Counted from the first letter of the whole stretch, positions 12,088-25,600 are shown. The stretch is DNA of 63,379 nt, filler included, from Choristocarpus tenellus KU-1152 (GCA_964200185.2; 10 parts of 10 records of this genome joined end to end with filler, not necessarily neighbours in it); one strand, 5' to 3'. Translations and numbers: made by a program. The notes: generated from the sequence alone by a model not told the origin.

Positions 12088-14538
12088 GCAGAAGCACAAT
12101 GAAGAGGTTTCAGAGCTTGAGAAATCACTATGCAGTTCAGAGGCCAGCCGGAGAAACCTTGCAAATCTCACTGACGTGTTGAGGAGATCTAGGGACAGTC
12201 TAGTTGAACTTACAGCCACGCGTGCAGTCTGTGGTAGCCACGTTGCTGGCCCCATGGTTGGCCCAGAGATCCCTTCCTGCAGTGGCAGACCCCATCAGAA
12301 TAACCTGTTGGTGAGGATATCCTTCAGTGGGTGGGTTCGGGTACTCCAGAAGAGAAAAGCTTCCGAGGCATTGAATAGATGTGTGCAGCTTGATGAGGAG
12401 CTGCAGGCAGTGGAGCAGGGACTGGAGGATGCCAAAGTAAGGGCAACACAGGCAGAGGGTGAGGTAGAGCAACACAGGTGAGGGGGGAGGAAGGAGCGGC
12501 AGATGGGGAAGGGTGAGGAGGACGGCAAGATATTCTATGGTGCGCTGGTTAAAGTGTCTGGTTTGGGGTTAAGAATGGCTGGGTTAGTTGAAAAAAGGTA
12601 TTTCACCTACTTGTGTGGAGTGGGTGTTAAAATGATCTTGTAGCCAAGTTAGGGGTTTTGTGGTTCGAGGGTTGAGCCCTGATGTGATTATGCGTAACAC
12701 TTATGGGAGATCGTATACATAGGTGATAAACTTGCCCAGATGTACAGTAGAAGGTATTATTTTTCAAAGCTACCAGGTTATTCAAATGCTTGGGTGCAGA
12801 ATCTGTAGGGTTTTTGTCAAGTGTAGGCAAAACTTATTTGTCCCAGGCGCCTTCAATATGCAATAGCAGGCAAACACCTAACACAATCAAGCCTTCAGCA
12901 GACCTTCCTCCCCCTCCCCTTCCTTGCCCTTGCCCCCTTCCCATCCACGTTCAATTGCAGCCCTCCCCCTGCCTTCTCCTTCCCATTCTTCCTAACATAC
13001 CTTCCCCTAATTCCACTCTCACTCTCTACTGACACCCCGAAACTAAACCCTGGGTTTCTTGGAGAAGAGATGTTGCAGAGACACTGCAGGTGAGAAATGT
13101 CAATCTGGAAGGTGAAATCTCCAATCTGCAGACACAACTGACGGAGACAAAGGCCAGCACTACCAGGCTTTACAACCGCATTCAACGCCTAGGTGCAGAA
13201 TGCCTGGTCCAAGTGCTAAAGAGGATAGAAGTCAGTGGGAAGCGCCAGGCATGCCTGCAGTATTTTAGTGTCTGGAGGCAGGAGGTACACAGTAAGGTTG
13301 GATTATTGTCTCAACTTTGCCCAGGAGATGGTGCGATGGCAAAGGATCAGATTGTGGGGGATGAGAATACAGAGAAGGGAACAATTGGTCCCAACACTTT
13401 GGTATTGAAGGAGAGCATGCCTGCAGGAAGTGCCAGTAGTAGAAGGAACGCAAGAGGAGGAGATTCGTTGATGAGGCTGAAGACTAGCACAGCAAGCAAT
13501 TCAGGGCAACAAGTGGTATCCCTCCTGGAGTTGTGTCCTACGATGGTTGCAGAGGTACCACCATCTTCTCAAAATAGCTTGGGTCTCTGTCCTGTGACCA
13601 TTGCAGAGGTGGAGATATCATCTCAGAACGGCAAAGGGGGTGTCCCTCTTTGTTTTTCTCCACCTCCTGATCCTGCGCCCTGCCCCATAGCAAGCGCAAT
13701 GATGCCCTTTCCATCTGTAGCACCCCTTCTTTTTCATTGCAAGGCCCCTGATGTACCGTCAATCCAGCCATGGGAAGCTCACTACACGAACCAAGCAGCT
13801 AGTAGCGACTGTAGTGATGATCACAAGGGCAGTGACTCTGTCACCAAAGGGAGCGGTCACAGTTGCAGTAGCAGTAATCTTTTTGATGGTGTGACCGGGG
13901 GAGTGACAGAGGCAGAAACAGCGACAGCCATCGCATCAATCCCTCAGCTCCTGCGAGCCCTCCGCTGCCGTGTGGCAGAGGAACTCTATGATGCTGGGGA
14001 GCGATTGCTGCGGTGCGTTGAGGCTGACTTCCGCGAGAGGCACTCACGTCCTTATCACCCTCTACCAATCACAGGGGCAGAGCGGGCCTTGTTCCGGTCA
14101 TGCCTGGCTGACGCTGTGTCTGCATACTCCCCTGTGCTCCCTGCCTCCACCATTGTCAACTCCACCTCTGCTAATTCTGTTGCACATGCTGTGGCTAGAA
14201 CTGACGTTCAAAGAAAGGGGGGAGAGGGATCGTTACAGAGCTATATTGTGGCCCTGTTGCGGACCCAGGAGTCCTTCCGGGCCATTGTGGCTAAGGACTT
14301 GTGCTGCTTCGAAACTGGACACAATGGAGGTGACCAAAAACGCACCGTAGTAGTTTGTGGCATTGGCAGCAGTAGTGGGGTCGACAAGACGGGGGTTGAA
14401 ACTAGGCGATTGGGAAGGGCTGGGGGGAGTGTTGGGATTGAGTGTGATAGCGTCAAAGACACAGATCTGGCTTCCCTGAGGATTGGACCTGGGTCGAGCC
14501 CTGGAGAGAAGGCTAGAGCTGCCAGGTGGGGTACCTGA
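12088..14538 (+). CDS. Coiled-coil-containing hypothetical protein (exons ~12088-12477 and ~13068-14525/14538)
   Basis: Heptad-like E/L/Q segments (EELQAVEQGLEDAKVRATQAEGE; NLEGEISNLQTQLTETK); donor at 12478 and acceptor at 13067 are phase compatible; 482-codon ORF. Confidence 0.7.
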
Positions 14539-15160
14539 TATTTCGTATTTCCATCTTTCTGTGAGACTATTATGAGACCTATTACAGTACATAGAGTACT
14601 TTTTTCTGAAATGTCTGTGGATATATATATTTTTTCTTGAATTCCGTCATCCCCAGAATATAGTCTCACACGGTCTTGTGCAAGTCTGTAAAAATACACA
14701 CATAGTAGTGCAGCATATCGACCGTAAGCTAAGCCTGACTCAGGTCCCCTCCTTCACACAGACCTTATCTGTCATACTTCAAACATCATTACAATATATA
14801 TATTTTTTTACTAGATAGAGTGTAGATCACTAGTGAAATGATACAGATACAAGACCGAGTCAAGTCAATATTAAGCGGGAAAGGTCAGTTATAAAGATAT
14901 AATGCTTTCACCAACAGACTAGCAGCTTGTAATCTGAAATGAACAAACTATATTCTTCTCAGCATGCATTCATCCCCTACTCCTCTACAATGCTGTTATT
15001 ATTGCTCTTGACCCATTAGGTTCTTGCTATTACTGTGAATAGAATCAGAGATCCTTAACTTGAGCGGCTTGTTTTGTGGGAGAGGAACTCTGTTTGCCTT
15101 TGTTGTGCCTGCTTTCTAGATACACAACTCTAGGGTACCCTGCAAAATATCACTGCTCCT

Positions 15161-15420
15161 GGCCCAAAGCATTCAAGAGGGTAGGAGTTTTACCCTATTT
15201 GGCTTGGGTTCACACGTTTCTTTTTGTGTCCTTTTTCAGTTTTCTGTGTGAACATTTCGGATTTTGGAGTAAGTAAAATGTATAGGACTATGAAAGGTGT
15301 GTCCAGAGCAAGGATATTGACACTTGCTAACAAACATGATAGCCAGAATTCTTCAAAATCGCAACATTGGATTTATTACTCCGAACGGACGAGGCCCAAC
15401 CCTCTTAAATGCTTTGACTC
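15161..15420 (+). mobile_element. MITE family B (AAAGCATT subfamily), complete
   Basis: GGCCCAAAGCATT...AATGCTTTGACTC; internal similarity to the copies at 3605 and 43021. Confidence 0.85.
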
Positions 15421-16035
15421 CCTCTGCGCTTAGGTATCGTAGATTGGTCCTTTTTGCCAATCTATTGCAATGTTCTGCACACTGTGTGCTTTTAAGAATT
15501 TTCCCCAGGTAAACAAAAGAATCAAGGTAAATTTGTAATGGTTGCCAGCTGTCTTTGCCTCACATGTACATGCGCTTGGGTTTTATGTACCCTCTTTTTT
15601 TGTAACAACTGTTACAACTACTTGTATTATAAAAGCTTCACTTCTGATGACATGTAAAATGATATCTGTTATCACTCTACACAACTTGTCCCTTCCAATC
15701 CCTGGGACGCAGGTCACAGCAAAATTATTAGCGTTTCCATGAACTGTACTTAACTTTGTTTCCCTTGTACTGCAAGTACTGAATGTGCAAGGCAGGACAG
15801 CACCAGGGTGCAATGAAGAAGTCTACGCTCATTGCAGAGATCAATAAGTATGTTCAATTCTGTCGGTTTCATCCCGTACATAGCACTTTCTAAAAATACA
15901 TTGTAATCTTCACTCCGATGCATATTGATTCAACCCCTTCTCACTTTTGTCCTCCTCAAGTCCCCCTGCCCTCACCTCAAATCACCTCTTCTTCGTCTCT
16001 CTACTGCTCCTATCTCTCTACCCTGTCCATCTCAG

Positions 16036-16455
16036 AGTCTTACGCAACCGGCTGATGACCCTACTTGAGGAAGTTGAAGATGTGTGGACTGAGAGGCGTC
16101 ACGCTCGCCCGGGACGCACAAATATGGTCAGCCTGCCTGAAGACAATTCCATCCCCTATATCACAGCGACCAGATGCTTGAAGAGCAGGGACCGGCCAGC
16201 GCTGCTCTTGAGAAAGAAAAAAAAAGGGTCGCTGCCACTGACATTATCGAAAGAGGGGCTATCTTGCAGCACACACAGGCACAGGCGGGAGCAGGGACAG
16301 ATGGTGAAGCGGCGCAGGGAAGGACTTCAAGTACAAACAGTGACAGTGGCATCCCAGAGAGTTTCGCACCTGGACACTGGGGCAGGTCCAAGAGCTTTCT
16401 GGGAGGCGGTGGCTGGCACTCGGTTTGTGGACGCACCCTGGAATGTCAACCTTGA
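16036..16455 (+). CDS. Probable downstream exons of the coiled-coil gene
   Basis: Pyrimidine tract plus AG at 16035, then VLRNRLMTLLEEVEDVW..., and a second frame MLEEQGPASAALEKEKK...; splicing not fully resolved. Confidence 0.4.
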
Positions 16456-16548
16456 GGTGCGTTCCTCTCATTTTCTTGTACTGGTTCCAGATATAAAATA
16501 TACAGGTGTGCAGTCAGTAGTAATGAGGCCACTTGGGTAGTTGGTTCT

Positions 16549-16729
16549 GGCTCAAAGTATCTGGGGGGGGGGGTGGCTTCTGTCCATTTGGGGTCAATTT
16601 TTCCATGTCGTGATTTTTTGTGTGATTTGTTTGCATTCATCAGATGGACAATGTAAGTGCACTTTTACTGACTTTGGGCCAAGTGGACACCCTGGTGTAG
16701 ACCCCCCCCCCCCCCAGATTATTTGGGTC
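16549..16729 (+). mobile_element. MITE family A, complete ~180-bp copy
   Basis: TIRs GGCTCAAAGTATCTGGGG...CCCCAGATTATTTGGGTC; flanks TTCT/TGCT (3 of 4 match). Confidence 0.9.
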
Positions 16730-17627
16730 TGCTGCTTGAGGCATGTTCTGTAGAAAGTTCCGACTCTGTGCAGTGAAGGAGAGGGTGGGTGACTTCTGGG
16801 CTCAAGCATGTGAATTCGTGGGGGGTATTAGGGAGGAGCATGGACAAAATGAAGAACATTGGTGTCACAATGCATAAGCTGCTACAGTAGGCATATCTAC
16901 TAGAAGGACTGCAATTTGCAAGATGTATGTACAAGATTGTGCAAGAATTGAGATATCTAAGGAATGCTCCTCAAAGATTGCACGATAGAAGTTCTATATG
17001 ACGTGACAAACAAGTACAAGCCCTAATACTGGTATACTGTACACATTGATCTTTGATGTATATTCCCCACCCCTTGGACCTTGACGAGAGGTGGAAGGCA
17101 GTGCAACATGTACTTTATTCCACAGGAGTGTTGCAAAAGTACAGATGATTGGCGCATTGTATTAAGTGAGAATGTGTGGTGTGTTCCCAATCCTAGAGCT
17201 AATTTGAAGTACTAATTGAGTGGAGCCACGAGCCAAAGTATCTTGAAGGGTAGAGAAGAAAAAAATTGGACGATCATGGTTGANNNNNNNNNNNNNNNNN
17301 NNNNNNNNNNNNNNNNNNNNNNNNNNNTTAATTAATTAANNNNNNNNNNNNNNNNNNNNNNNNNNNNNNNNNNNNNNNNNNNNAAACAAAAAAAAAAATA
17401 CGAGGAAAACGTGGTGTGTCTCCTAATGTACCTCCTGATGACAACATAAATAAACTAAAAAGAGACTTATCAACAGCAAAACTGACAGACTGTGGAGGTG
17501 ACTTTGAAGACCTACACTGAAGGTCATGGGGGAGAGGACCCAAGACTTTGATCAATACACCCCTAGATACTGACCAGAAGCTACCTTTGCTTTGGCTGAG
17601 ACTAACCGGGTCCATCACAGTACTCAC

Positions 17628-20198
17628 CTCTGTGACGATGTTTTGGGGCTTGAGGTCCACCCCCATATCCTCTGCCTTGATTACGTCCATTTTTTTCTTT
17701 TTTGCCTGAAGAAAATAAAAAAAGTTGTTCAATGATCTATTAACCTTTTTTTTAGTATCAAGCATGTGTTATGGACGTGGAAGGGCATTTTCAGACTCTC
17801 GAGATCATCTAATCAAATGGATGGGGGAGTACACTATTAAATTTTCCAGGCAGCCGCATCAAGAAGGCTATATTGAACCAGACATAAATGTAATCAATGG
17901 AAACATACTTGGTCCTGTTTGTACAAAATCAGGTGTAACACTTAAGTCAAAGCCTTCAACAAATCTTTCATGGGGCATCGGAGGGCAAAAATCATTCTAT
18001 TTATTTGAAGAGGACAACTTCTTCATATGTAGTGTTATCAACAGAAATATATATATATATATACATATATAAAATAATAAAATACAAGTGCCATGTGATT
18101 CACTGGAAGATAATTCACTACATGTAACTGAGGCAGGATATCTTCCCTCTCTCAGGCTTCAGCCATTGATTACAATACCTTTTGAGGTTGATATAGTTTC
18201 CTGAGTACATATCAATCATCCCAATCCTGTGCATCAACTGTGAAAAAAAATCAGAAGTTTGGTCCAACTCCTGACCCAGAAGTCATCAGAACCGTTGAAC
18301 AACCCGTTACACAATCCCAAAACATGCATGTTTCCATCCATGCATACAATAGAACCTTCTTGAGCCTCACCATGTGACATTAGAGACCCCAATATAGGCA
18401 GTAACAGAAAGGGGAAGGGCACAAATAGTATGGCAGACTTGCCCATGAGGGAGGAGATCAACTGCATGGGGCACCAGTCTGTCTTTGTGCAATATTGTTG
18501 CACTGTGAGGACATGGGTTTTAAATACAGCAGCACAAGCACTGCATGTTATCGAGGCAGGCAAGAGGAGTTGTGTAACTCTACCATCCTACCATAGACAC
18601 AACAAGAACCATTAACATGATGCCTAAGAAAGGTTGGACTAGTCACTACTAACATTCCAATAAGCCTTTTCATCACCTTCATAATGCCTGGGAGGGTAGT
18701 GTACCGTGGCTCATTGAGGCGGAGATCTGCAGTGATGACAGCTGGTAGCGGCATGGTCAGAATTTGTGTTCCTGTATCGGTCTCCCTCTCCACTGTCACC
18801 TTGCCCCCATCTTCCACCTCTACCTGTTGCAAGCAAGAGATAATCCACAAGGTGTGATGCGGGTTCAGAGCATGATGCATGTGTGTTAGAAGTTTCTTTA
18901 TTTTAATGTTGGTGTGGGTATCATTGAATTTGCTTCTCATGAGTGTGAACAAAACGCTCCTCATGATTGTGACTATGGACGGAATTACTTGGACTAATAA
19001 AACATACAATGCGAAACCCACCCAAGGGCAGTAGAGCAGGAGTAGACTTGTACTACAACGATTGTGGTGGTTACCTAAAAAAAAAACTAAAGCAATTGTG
19101 TCACTTATTACCTTAGGATATCCAGGATTAACATATACAGTACCTTGGCAGCAAAGGTTGCTTGTGGCCATCCCAAGAGTCCTGCAAGCATGGGACCTGT
19201 CTGGGAACAGTCCCCGTCAATGGCCTGCTTCCCAAGGATGACCAGGTCCACTTTCTGTTCCTGTACAACCTGTCTCCATGGTGGCGCAAGATGCTCATTG
19301 GTTAACAAGCGATACACATGCCTACTCTACATTTGCCAAGGTAATACTGCCATGCCGTTCTGCAAGGTCCTACCTACTTGGACTTGAAAGGACAGCTTCA
19401 ACCTACAGAGGGGAGCCAGCAGCTCACGTCACGCCAAAATTTCATGTGGATGGTTACCATGTTGCGCATAGTAATGAGTTATTCAAGAGAATTTAATTTA
19501 ACATCCGAAACAAAGAAATGACCTCCTGGGGAATTCGACAGGTTAATGTGCGAGATATATTTTTTGGTTAGGAAGTGGGATAAACACAGCACACAGCACA
19601 CAGCACACACCTCCTTGAGGATTTTAGCAATAGCCAGTGGCTCTAATCCTTGGTCAATGCGAATTTTCTCGTCCGTGGCAACGTGGATTCCCCTGTCGGC
19701 TCCCATGGCAAGGGCAGTGCGAATAGTCTCTGTTACTGCTGTGGGTCCAACGGACACAGCAATCACTTCGTTCGCTATCTTCTTCTCCTAGGAAGCAAAT
19801 GAATTCATTCGGCATGGTTCAGATGTGGATGGTGGCGCAAATGAACTCGCCATAGTCATGGCATCTGCAGAACACAATCTCCCCCAAGAGGATTTGTCAG
19901 TTTCATTGGCTCGATCACCTTGAGTCGCATCGCCTCCTCCATGGCATTTTCACAGAAGGGATTCATTGACATCTTCACATTCTCCAGTTCCACCCCTGAC
20001 CACTCCCAATGCCCAACAAGAAGGGATATAGCGGTTCGTCAGGAATGACAGACTTGGTTAAGTTTTGGGGGGTTGGACAAAGCAATCGCAACTATATCTG
20101 TGTCGGCAAAGAGGACAGTACTCACCGGACTTATCAGGTCTAATACGTACTTTAACAGCATAGTCAATAACACGCTTGACCCCCACAAGTACTCTCAT
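17628..20198 (-). CDS. ETFB: Electron transfer flavoprotein beta subunit; exons 20126-20198, 19919-19995, 19611-19787, 19144-19269, 18677-18823, 17628-17705; last exon not on the contig
   Basis: Spliced translation [51 protein letters not shown]...[12 protein letters not shown]...[29 protein letters not shown]...DLRLNEPRY...MKAKKKK matches the conserved ETF-beta sequence; all introns are GT-AG and in phase. Confidence 0.97.
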
Positions 20199-20348
20199 CC
20201 TCTGTCGGTTCTAGGAGGAGATAGGAGTTGTTCAACTTGAGTCAAACTTGATCCAAAAAAGGAAGACAGTAGTTGTTGTTACATACCTTGCACAGGCATC
20301 ACCATCCTTTTTCACCTTGCCGTTACCGGCTCTTTATGGTGGAATATA

Positions 20349-20888
20349 ATGTTTGGGTACGGTATCTTAGTGAAGATCGTGATGGAGTCCGTAATAGAGT
20401 TGACGTTTGAACGACCTTCTCTTAGAGCTTCTGCTTTACCATGGGGTATTGAAAGTCAAGTGAATCTCAACGTGGAAGCAGTGACACATGTGGGATCTCG
20501 ACGCGTACTTGCGGGAGGAATGAATCTCCCGTCCAGACTAGAAATCGATGTGGCCTCTATGGCTGGCTCGAAACGCATAGGCGAAAGTGATGGAGAGTCT
20601 CAATGTCTAGCTGTAGATATAATAGGGTCTGACCACGGAATAAGCTTTCCTGTTGGTGTGGCTCATGTTGATCTCTCTGGGCTAGGCCATTTTAACCCTG
20701 GAAGCTACTGGGGCGTGTTCCGCCCAACCCACTTCAGAGTTCCACTCACGGACAACGCTGGTGTGGTAGTCGGAAGGCTGGGAGGATTTATGGTTACCAA
20801 GAGAAACAAGACAGTTCCATTGTCAGTGGATTGTGGAAATCAGGTAGATCTCAGTGAAATGATCGAGGCAAATGTCGACGATGACAAG
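20349..20888 (+). CDS. First exon of a hypothetical protein, divergent from ETFB (beta-rich, possibly C2-like)
   Basis: 183-codon ORF, ATG at 20349 or 20382, donor GTGAG at 20889; the motifs VGVAHVDLSGL and VPLTDNAGVVVGRL recall C2-domain strands (inference). Confidence 0.6.
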
Positions 20889-20975
20889 GTGAGCACATAA
20901 AAATGACCAAGAACACCCTTCAGAAAGAACATGACCCATAGATACCTCTCGCACGGATACCTCTCGATGTTGGAA

Positions 20976-21092
20976 GGGTCAAAGTATCTGGGGTGGGGGG
21001 GGTGGGGGGTGGTTAGTGAGGAGGCGCCCGTTTCGGTCAAACAACTCTTTTTTTTGCTGACATTTCAAATCCGACACGTGCGACCAAATCAC
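20976..21092 (+). mobile_element. MITE family A partial, at contig end
   Basis: GGGTCAAAGTATCTGGGG terminus; downstream sequence degraded. Confidence 0.7.
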
Positions 21093-21192
21093 NNNNNNNN
21101 NNNNNNNNNNNNNNNNNNNNNNNNNNNNNNNNNNNNTTAATTAATTAANNNNNNNNNNNNNNNNNNNNNNNNNNNNNNNNNNNNNNNNNNNN

Positions 21193-21384
21193 GTGGGTGG
21201 GGGGGGAGGAGGGGTGGTGCGAGGCGCGAGGGGCGGTTACACCAGGGTGCCTATTCGAGCCCTGACCAGGAGAAGTGAACGTACATTATCCACCCAACGC
21301 ATGCAATCAAATCACCCAAAAATCGAGATATGGAAAAATGGGGCCCGAATGGACAGTCGCCACCCTCCCCAGATACTTTGGGCC
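21193..21384 (-). mobile_element. MITE family A, reverse orientation, at contig start
   Basis: Reverse complement of the family A body, ending CCCCAGATACTTTGGGCC. Confidence 0.85.
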
Positions 21385-23989
21385 GTTGGTCATATTGGAG
21401 GTTCAACCTATTTCGAGACCTCACAGTTACGCGTATATGTTCAGCAGGATGATCTTCTTTTCCAAAACCAGAAACTGACGACCCTGGCACAGCCAACGCC
21501 GTCTACCCAGGCACAACCCCCCACTGTTCTTTTCATCATTTTGCTGTCGAAGCACAGTGTCTACTAACTGACAGAGCTTATACTCCCCTCCACCTCCCGG
21601 CATAGCCCCCCCCCATGTTATCCCACACACAACTCCACAAGCGTGAGAGAACTGCAGTACCCTATATCCCTGTCATGAATGATTGGCAGTGGCCTATTAT
21701 GACTGTTGCAAGTGAGACACAGGAGTTACCCGATAGAATTGTCGAAATCGATTCATCTGAATGGGTGCAGTTCTGTAGACAAAGTGTAAGGAAATTATCG
21801 TGACGTAATGCAACCGTATTCCAACCTTGGTTATTCTGGTTGCTCGTTGATTAGAATGTGAATCCTGAACTTCCCATCCCTCCATCGTTTTGTATGTGTC
21901 AGAAGACTCGATGAAGGAGTGTCTAACTCCTTACCCCCATGCGCCCACATACACGCTTAATGGCATCCAGGCGTTGTCCATTTTAAGTGGCAGGAAGTAG
22001 ATTTGCATAAGTATTTTTTTTTAATGACAAATGACTACAAATTCGGCTTCCTCACACCTTAAGAGAGATATGATGGCAACGGGAAAATGAACATTTACAG
22101 AGCGACAAACGTACCAGAATTCTAATAAGCATTGACCCCTAATGATACTGAGTGCTAACCAAGCCAACGTTCTTAAGGGATACTTGTCTTCAAAGAGTAC
22201 ATCACCAGGTGCAAGCAAAGCAAAGTACCCGTTAAATTATTCCTGAAGATATGATGACAGTTGGTGGAATTATGAAAATTTTGAAGATATCGTGCAGCTG
22301 GCATTCATGCCAATTTGGGAGCTTCAAAACCCACTGTAACTAGTTTTAGGGTGTTTTTTTGTGGAGGGGGTCATTGGACTCGGGCGTCTAGAATCTGCAC
22401 AATAAAATCTCCCCCCCACCTTACAAAGCTGGCCCTGCAAGATTCAAGTTTTACTAATAATAATGAGGTCCGCCATTTCAACTGTATTATTTCGCATAAT
22501 ACTTCGAATTATATCATTATTAGCCGTAGGCCTAGGCAGAGCCAGAGTGGAATGGACTGTAGGTAATGACAAGGTACAAAATGGTCAAATGAATAATTCA
22601 TACTACGTAGTACCTATCGCTCAGCGCAAAACGGCTGATATTTCTGACTATATCCAGAACCCTTTCTCTCTCTACGTTCCTATCTACCTCTACTCCATCT
22701 TCCTGCCAAACATTTTTATGTATTGAAGGGATAGTTGGCCCAGAATGAGATTTAATATCATGCTCAAACCCTCAGTCGTCCTACCACCCATGACCCTGTG
22801 AGATACCAGCTACCCAGGATTTGCCTGTCTGTGTGCCGAGACGCTTAGGTTGCATAGTATGTTTTCGTCACACTTTAGCCAGGGACTATCCCAACCTGTG
22901 GTCAGAGGCACTATGCACTGCATTACAGTACTTCTCTCACTACCTACCACATAAACTAAGTGTTGCTGACTAGTTGCATTGTCTCTCTCAGTCTATTCCT
23001 TACTACCTCCTCATGTGTGTTGAATCCAGTCATACCACTGCTCATTGGTCTATCCCCTCCGTTAGGCTTGTGTCAGATCCACCTTGGCGTCCACCCTCAG
23101 AAATGAAGCCTTGCTGCATCTTTTCATATTATTTCCTTTGTTTTCGGATTTCCCCCGTTTTTTTTTGAGAAATAGGGACAAGAGAGAATAGTACACATCA
23201 AATGCGTTCTCGATCTGTATCCGTAGTGCTTGCCACATGGATTTTGGAAAATGGAAATGAGATCTCCATGATAGGTGATAAGGGATGGGGTTTCGGACCC
23301 TTGAAAACTGCACGGTGAACTATACCATACTTATCATGGAAGAACTGATGTATCGTACATTGAACTCTAGAGTGTGTGGTAATCACCCAATCAAACCACA
23401 GATGCAGCAATATTTTATGGAGCCACCACCGTGATGTATTGAGAAATCGCGCAGAAGTAACGAAAAATGTCCTTCAGCCCACCAATAAAAGAGTTGTTCT
23501 CAATTGTGCTCTGTGTGCCAGTCTCCATTGCTAGTCCTACTGTTTACCCCTAGCTGAATCAACAAATATTTAAGATGTTCGGAGTAATCTGACCGACTGA
23601 GATGAAAATTTAGTCGGAGGGTGTTCTTCCCGTTTCTCTTCAGCATCTTCTTCACTGCAGCGTTAAGCCTAGTTCAACACTGACCCCTGCCATCTCAATG
23701 GACCTCGTTATCATGAAGGAACTGTAAAAAGAATACGTCAAACAAGGAGGACCAACAGGGAATATTTTCGTTTTCGGCTTGGATTTTTCGTGCGTAGTTT
23801 TGAAAGACCCCCAACCAAACGAAATCTCCATGTCTGGATGAGTAGGGTCGTTGTCGCACCCTATAAGTCGCACAATGATGAACTGTACAATTTACTAATT
23901 TTCCCAATAATTCATGGACAAGATGCCAAGAGTCATCATTTAGAGTATTTGCCTTTTCTTGATCCAATGCCGCACACTGCGCAGGGTAT

Positions 23990-24230
23990 AACAGTGGATT
24001 TGGAGAATTGAGGAAGGAGCGGGGTATTGAGGATGGGTTCAGATCGAAAACGGTGCGGAAAGAGTACCGATATGTTTTTTTTAAAGAATGTTTCGGCACT
24101 TTTATTGGCCCGGGATGTGTGTGTGTTTTTTTAAATATGTTTCGGCACTTTTTAATGGCCCGGATATATTTTTATTCAAAAGTATTTCGGTACTTGTGGA
24201 GGGCACCGCTACGATTTGGAAGCGACCTCG
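23990..24230 (+). mobile_element. MITE family C-related partial element
   Basis: AACAGTGGATTT...AATTGAGGA terminus shared with 28061 and 48964; internal TTTCGGCACTTTT repeats; right end not found. Confidence 0.55.
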
Positions 24231-25039
24231 ACCAAGCCTAAGGTATAAGGACAGACACCCCCCCCCGGGGGGGAGCCGGTAACAGTTTTGGTATTCCTAT
24301 AATAATATGTATGGTACACTACAGATTGTATTATACAGTACATACGTATATACATGTCTTCTTCTACTAGCTATAAATGTTTATTCGAGTGTTATTATGT
24401 GGTTTGTAGAAGCAGTAAGGGATTATTAATAGGTCACATCCACCAAAAAAACGTACCAAGTCCACAAAGAAGAACGAACACACGTTTCACTCTAGACATA
24501 TATGAAAAGCTTGTGCTTCGCGTATATTTTTGGCATTAATGGCTGTTATTGTCGGGTAGTTTTGGCACGCTTAATAGGAAGAAGAAGAGGAGAAGAAGAA
24601 GTTAGGGTTAGTTGAGAAGATCTCGTGATCATCTTTCTTGTTAGAGGCGGTACGTATGTACGTAGCGGCCAAACTTTGTACCATAGGCGGCGTCAATCTA
24701 GACTTCGACATTGTTATTGGTAACGAAAAAAAGTATGTATACAACGAACAGGACACAACAGACAACGGTGAGAGCCACTACTTGCTACTAGCATCATCAT
24801 CAGATATGTTCTGATTTGANNNNNNNNNNNNNNNNNNNNNNNNNNNNNNNNNNNNNNNNNNNNTTAATTAATTAANNNNNNNNNNNNNNNNNNNNNNNNN
24901 NNNNNNNNNNNNNNNNNNNTCTCTCGGGTTTTTTCCTTCCCCTCCCCCCCCCCCCCACCCCCCCCCCTTTCCTACCCCCCGCACCACCTTTGAATCCCCC
25001 CCCCCCCCCCCCCCCCCAAATACAATTGAAGGTATGCTA

Positions 25040-25269
25040 CCAAGGCAGCTGTAAAAGGGGGTAAGGTGGGCCCACTGGGATATGGTATGTACTACTACCA
25101 TCTCCTGAACTGGTTCAAGGTGCACCCTCCGTGTTCGTTCATGATACTGGAACAGAATGACCTCAACCTACCAGGGTTTGACCAGTGCCTGTGGCAATTT
25201 CTGGATGCCAAGCCGTATTCATTTTCTGTTCCGGATGAGAGGAGGAATCACTCCTCGGGGTGGATACAG
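25040..25269 (+). CDS. Exon of a sulfotransferase-family protein (heparan-sulfate sulfotransferase-like C-terminal region)
   Basis: GMYYYHLLNWFKVHPPCSFMILEQNDL...LWQFLD resembles the family pattern GxYxxHLxxWxxxFPxxQxLI...FL; donor GTAGG at 25270; 5' boundary uncertain. Confidence 0.6.
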
Positions 25270-25288
25270 GTAGGTTGGCTGTGAGAGG

Positions 25289-25309
25289 TATGTGTAGCTG
25301 TGTGCGTGT

Positions 25310-25343
<34 letters not shown>
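25289..25343. repeat. (GT)n microsatellite
   Basis: Seen directly. Confidence 0.95.
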
Positions 25344-25344
<1 letters not shown>

Positions 25345-25436
25345 TTTATGGATGGGGGCTTGTGGAATGATGGTGCTTGGAGAGGGTAGTTGCAGGGGCG
25401 ATTTTGAGGATATTCTTGGTTACGTGGATGTTGAGC

Positions 25437-25517
25437 TATTATTATTATCATCACTATTATTATTATTATTATTATTATCATTATTATTATTATCATTATT
25501 ATTATTATCATCATCAC

Positions 25518-25562
<45 letters not shown>

Positions 25563-25600
25563 CATCATCACTATTATTATTATTATTATTATTATTATTA
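25437..25600. repeat. (ATT)n microsatellite with ATC interruptions
   Basis: Seen directly; source of the poly-I/L/Y/N ORFs. Confidence 0.97.

Noticed and set aside
24544-24764. Possible solo LTR (TG...CA)
   Set aside because: No TSD and no second copy in the window.
24920-25020. Long C-rich tracts here and at 32596-32650
   Set aside because: Low-complexity contig ends, probably poor base calls beyond homopolymers.
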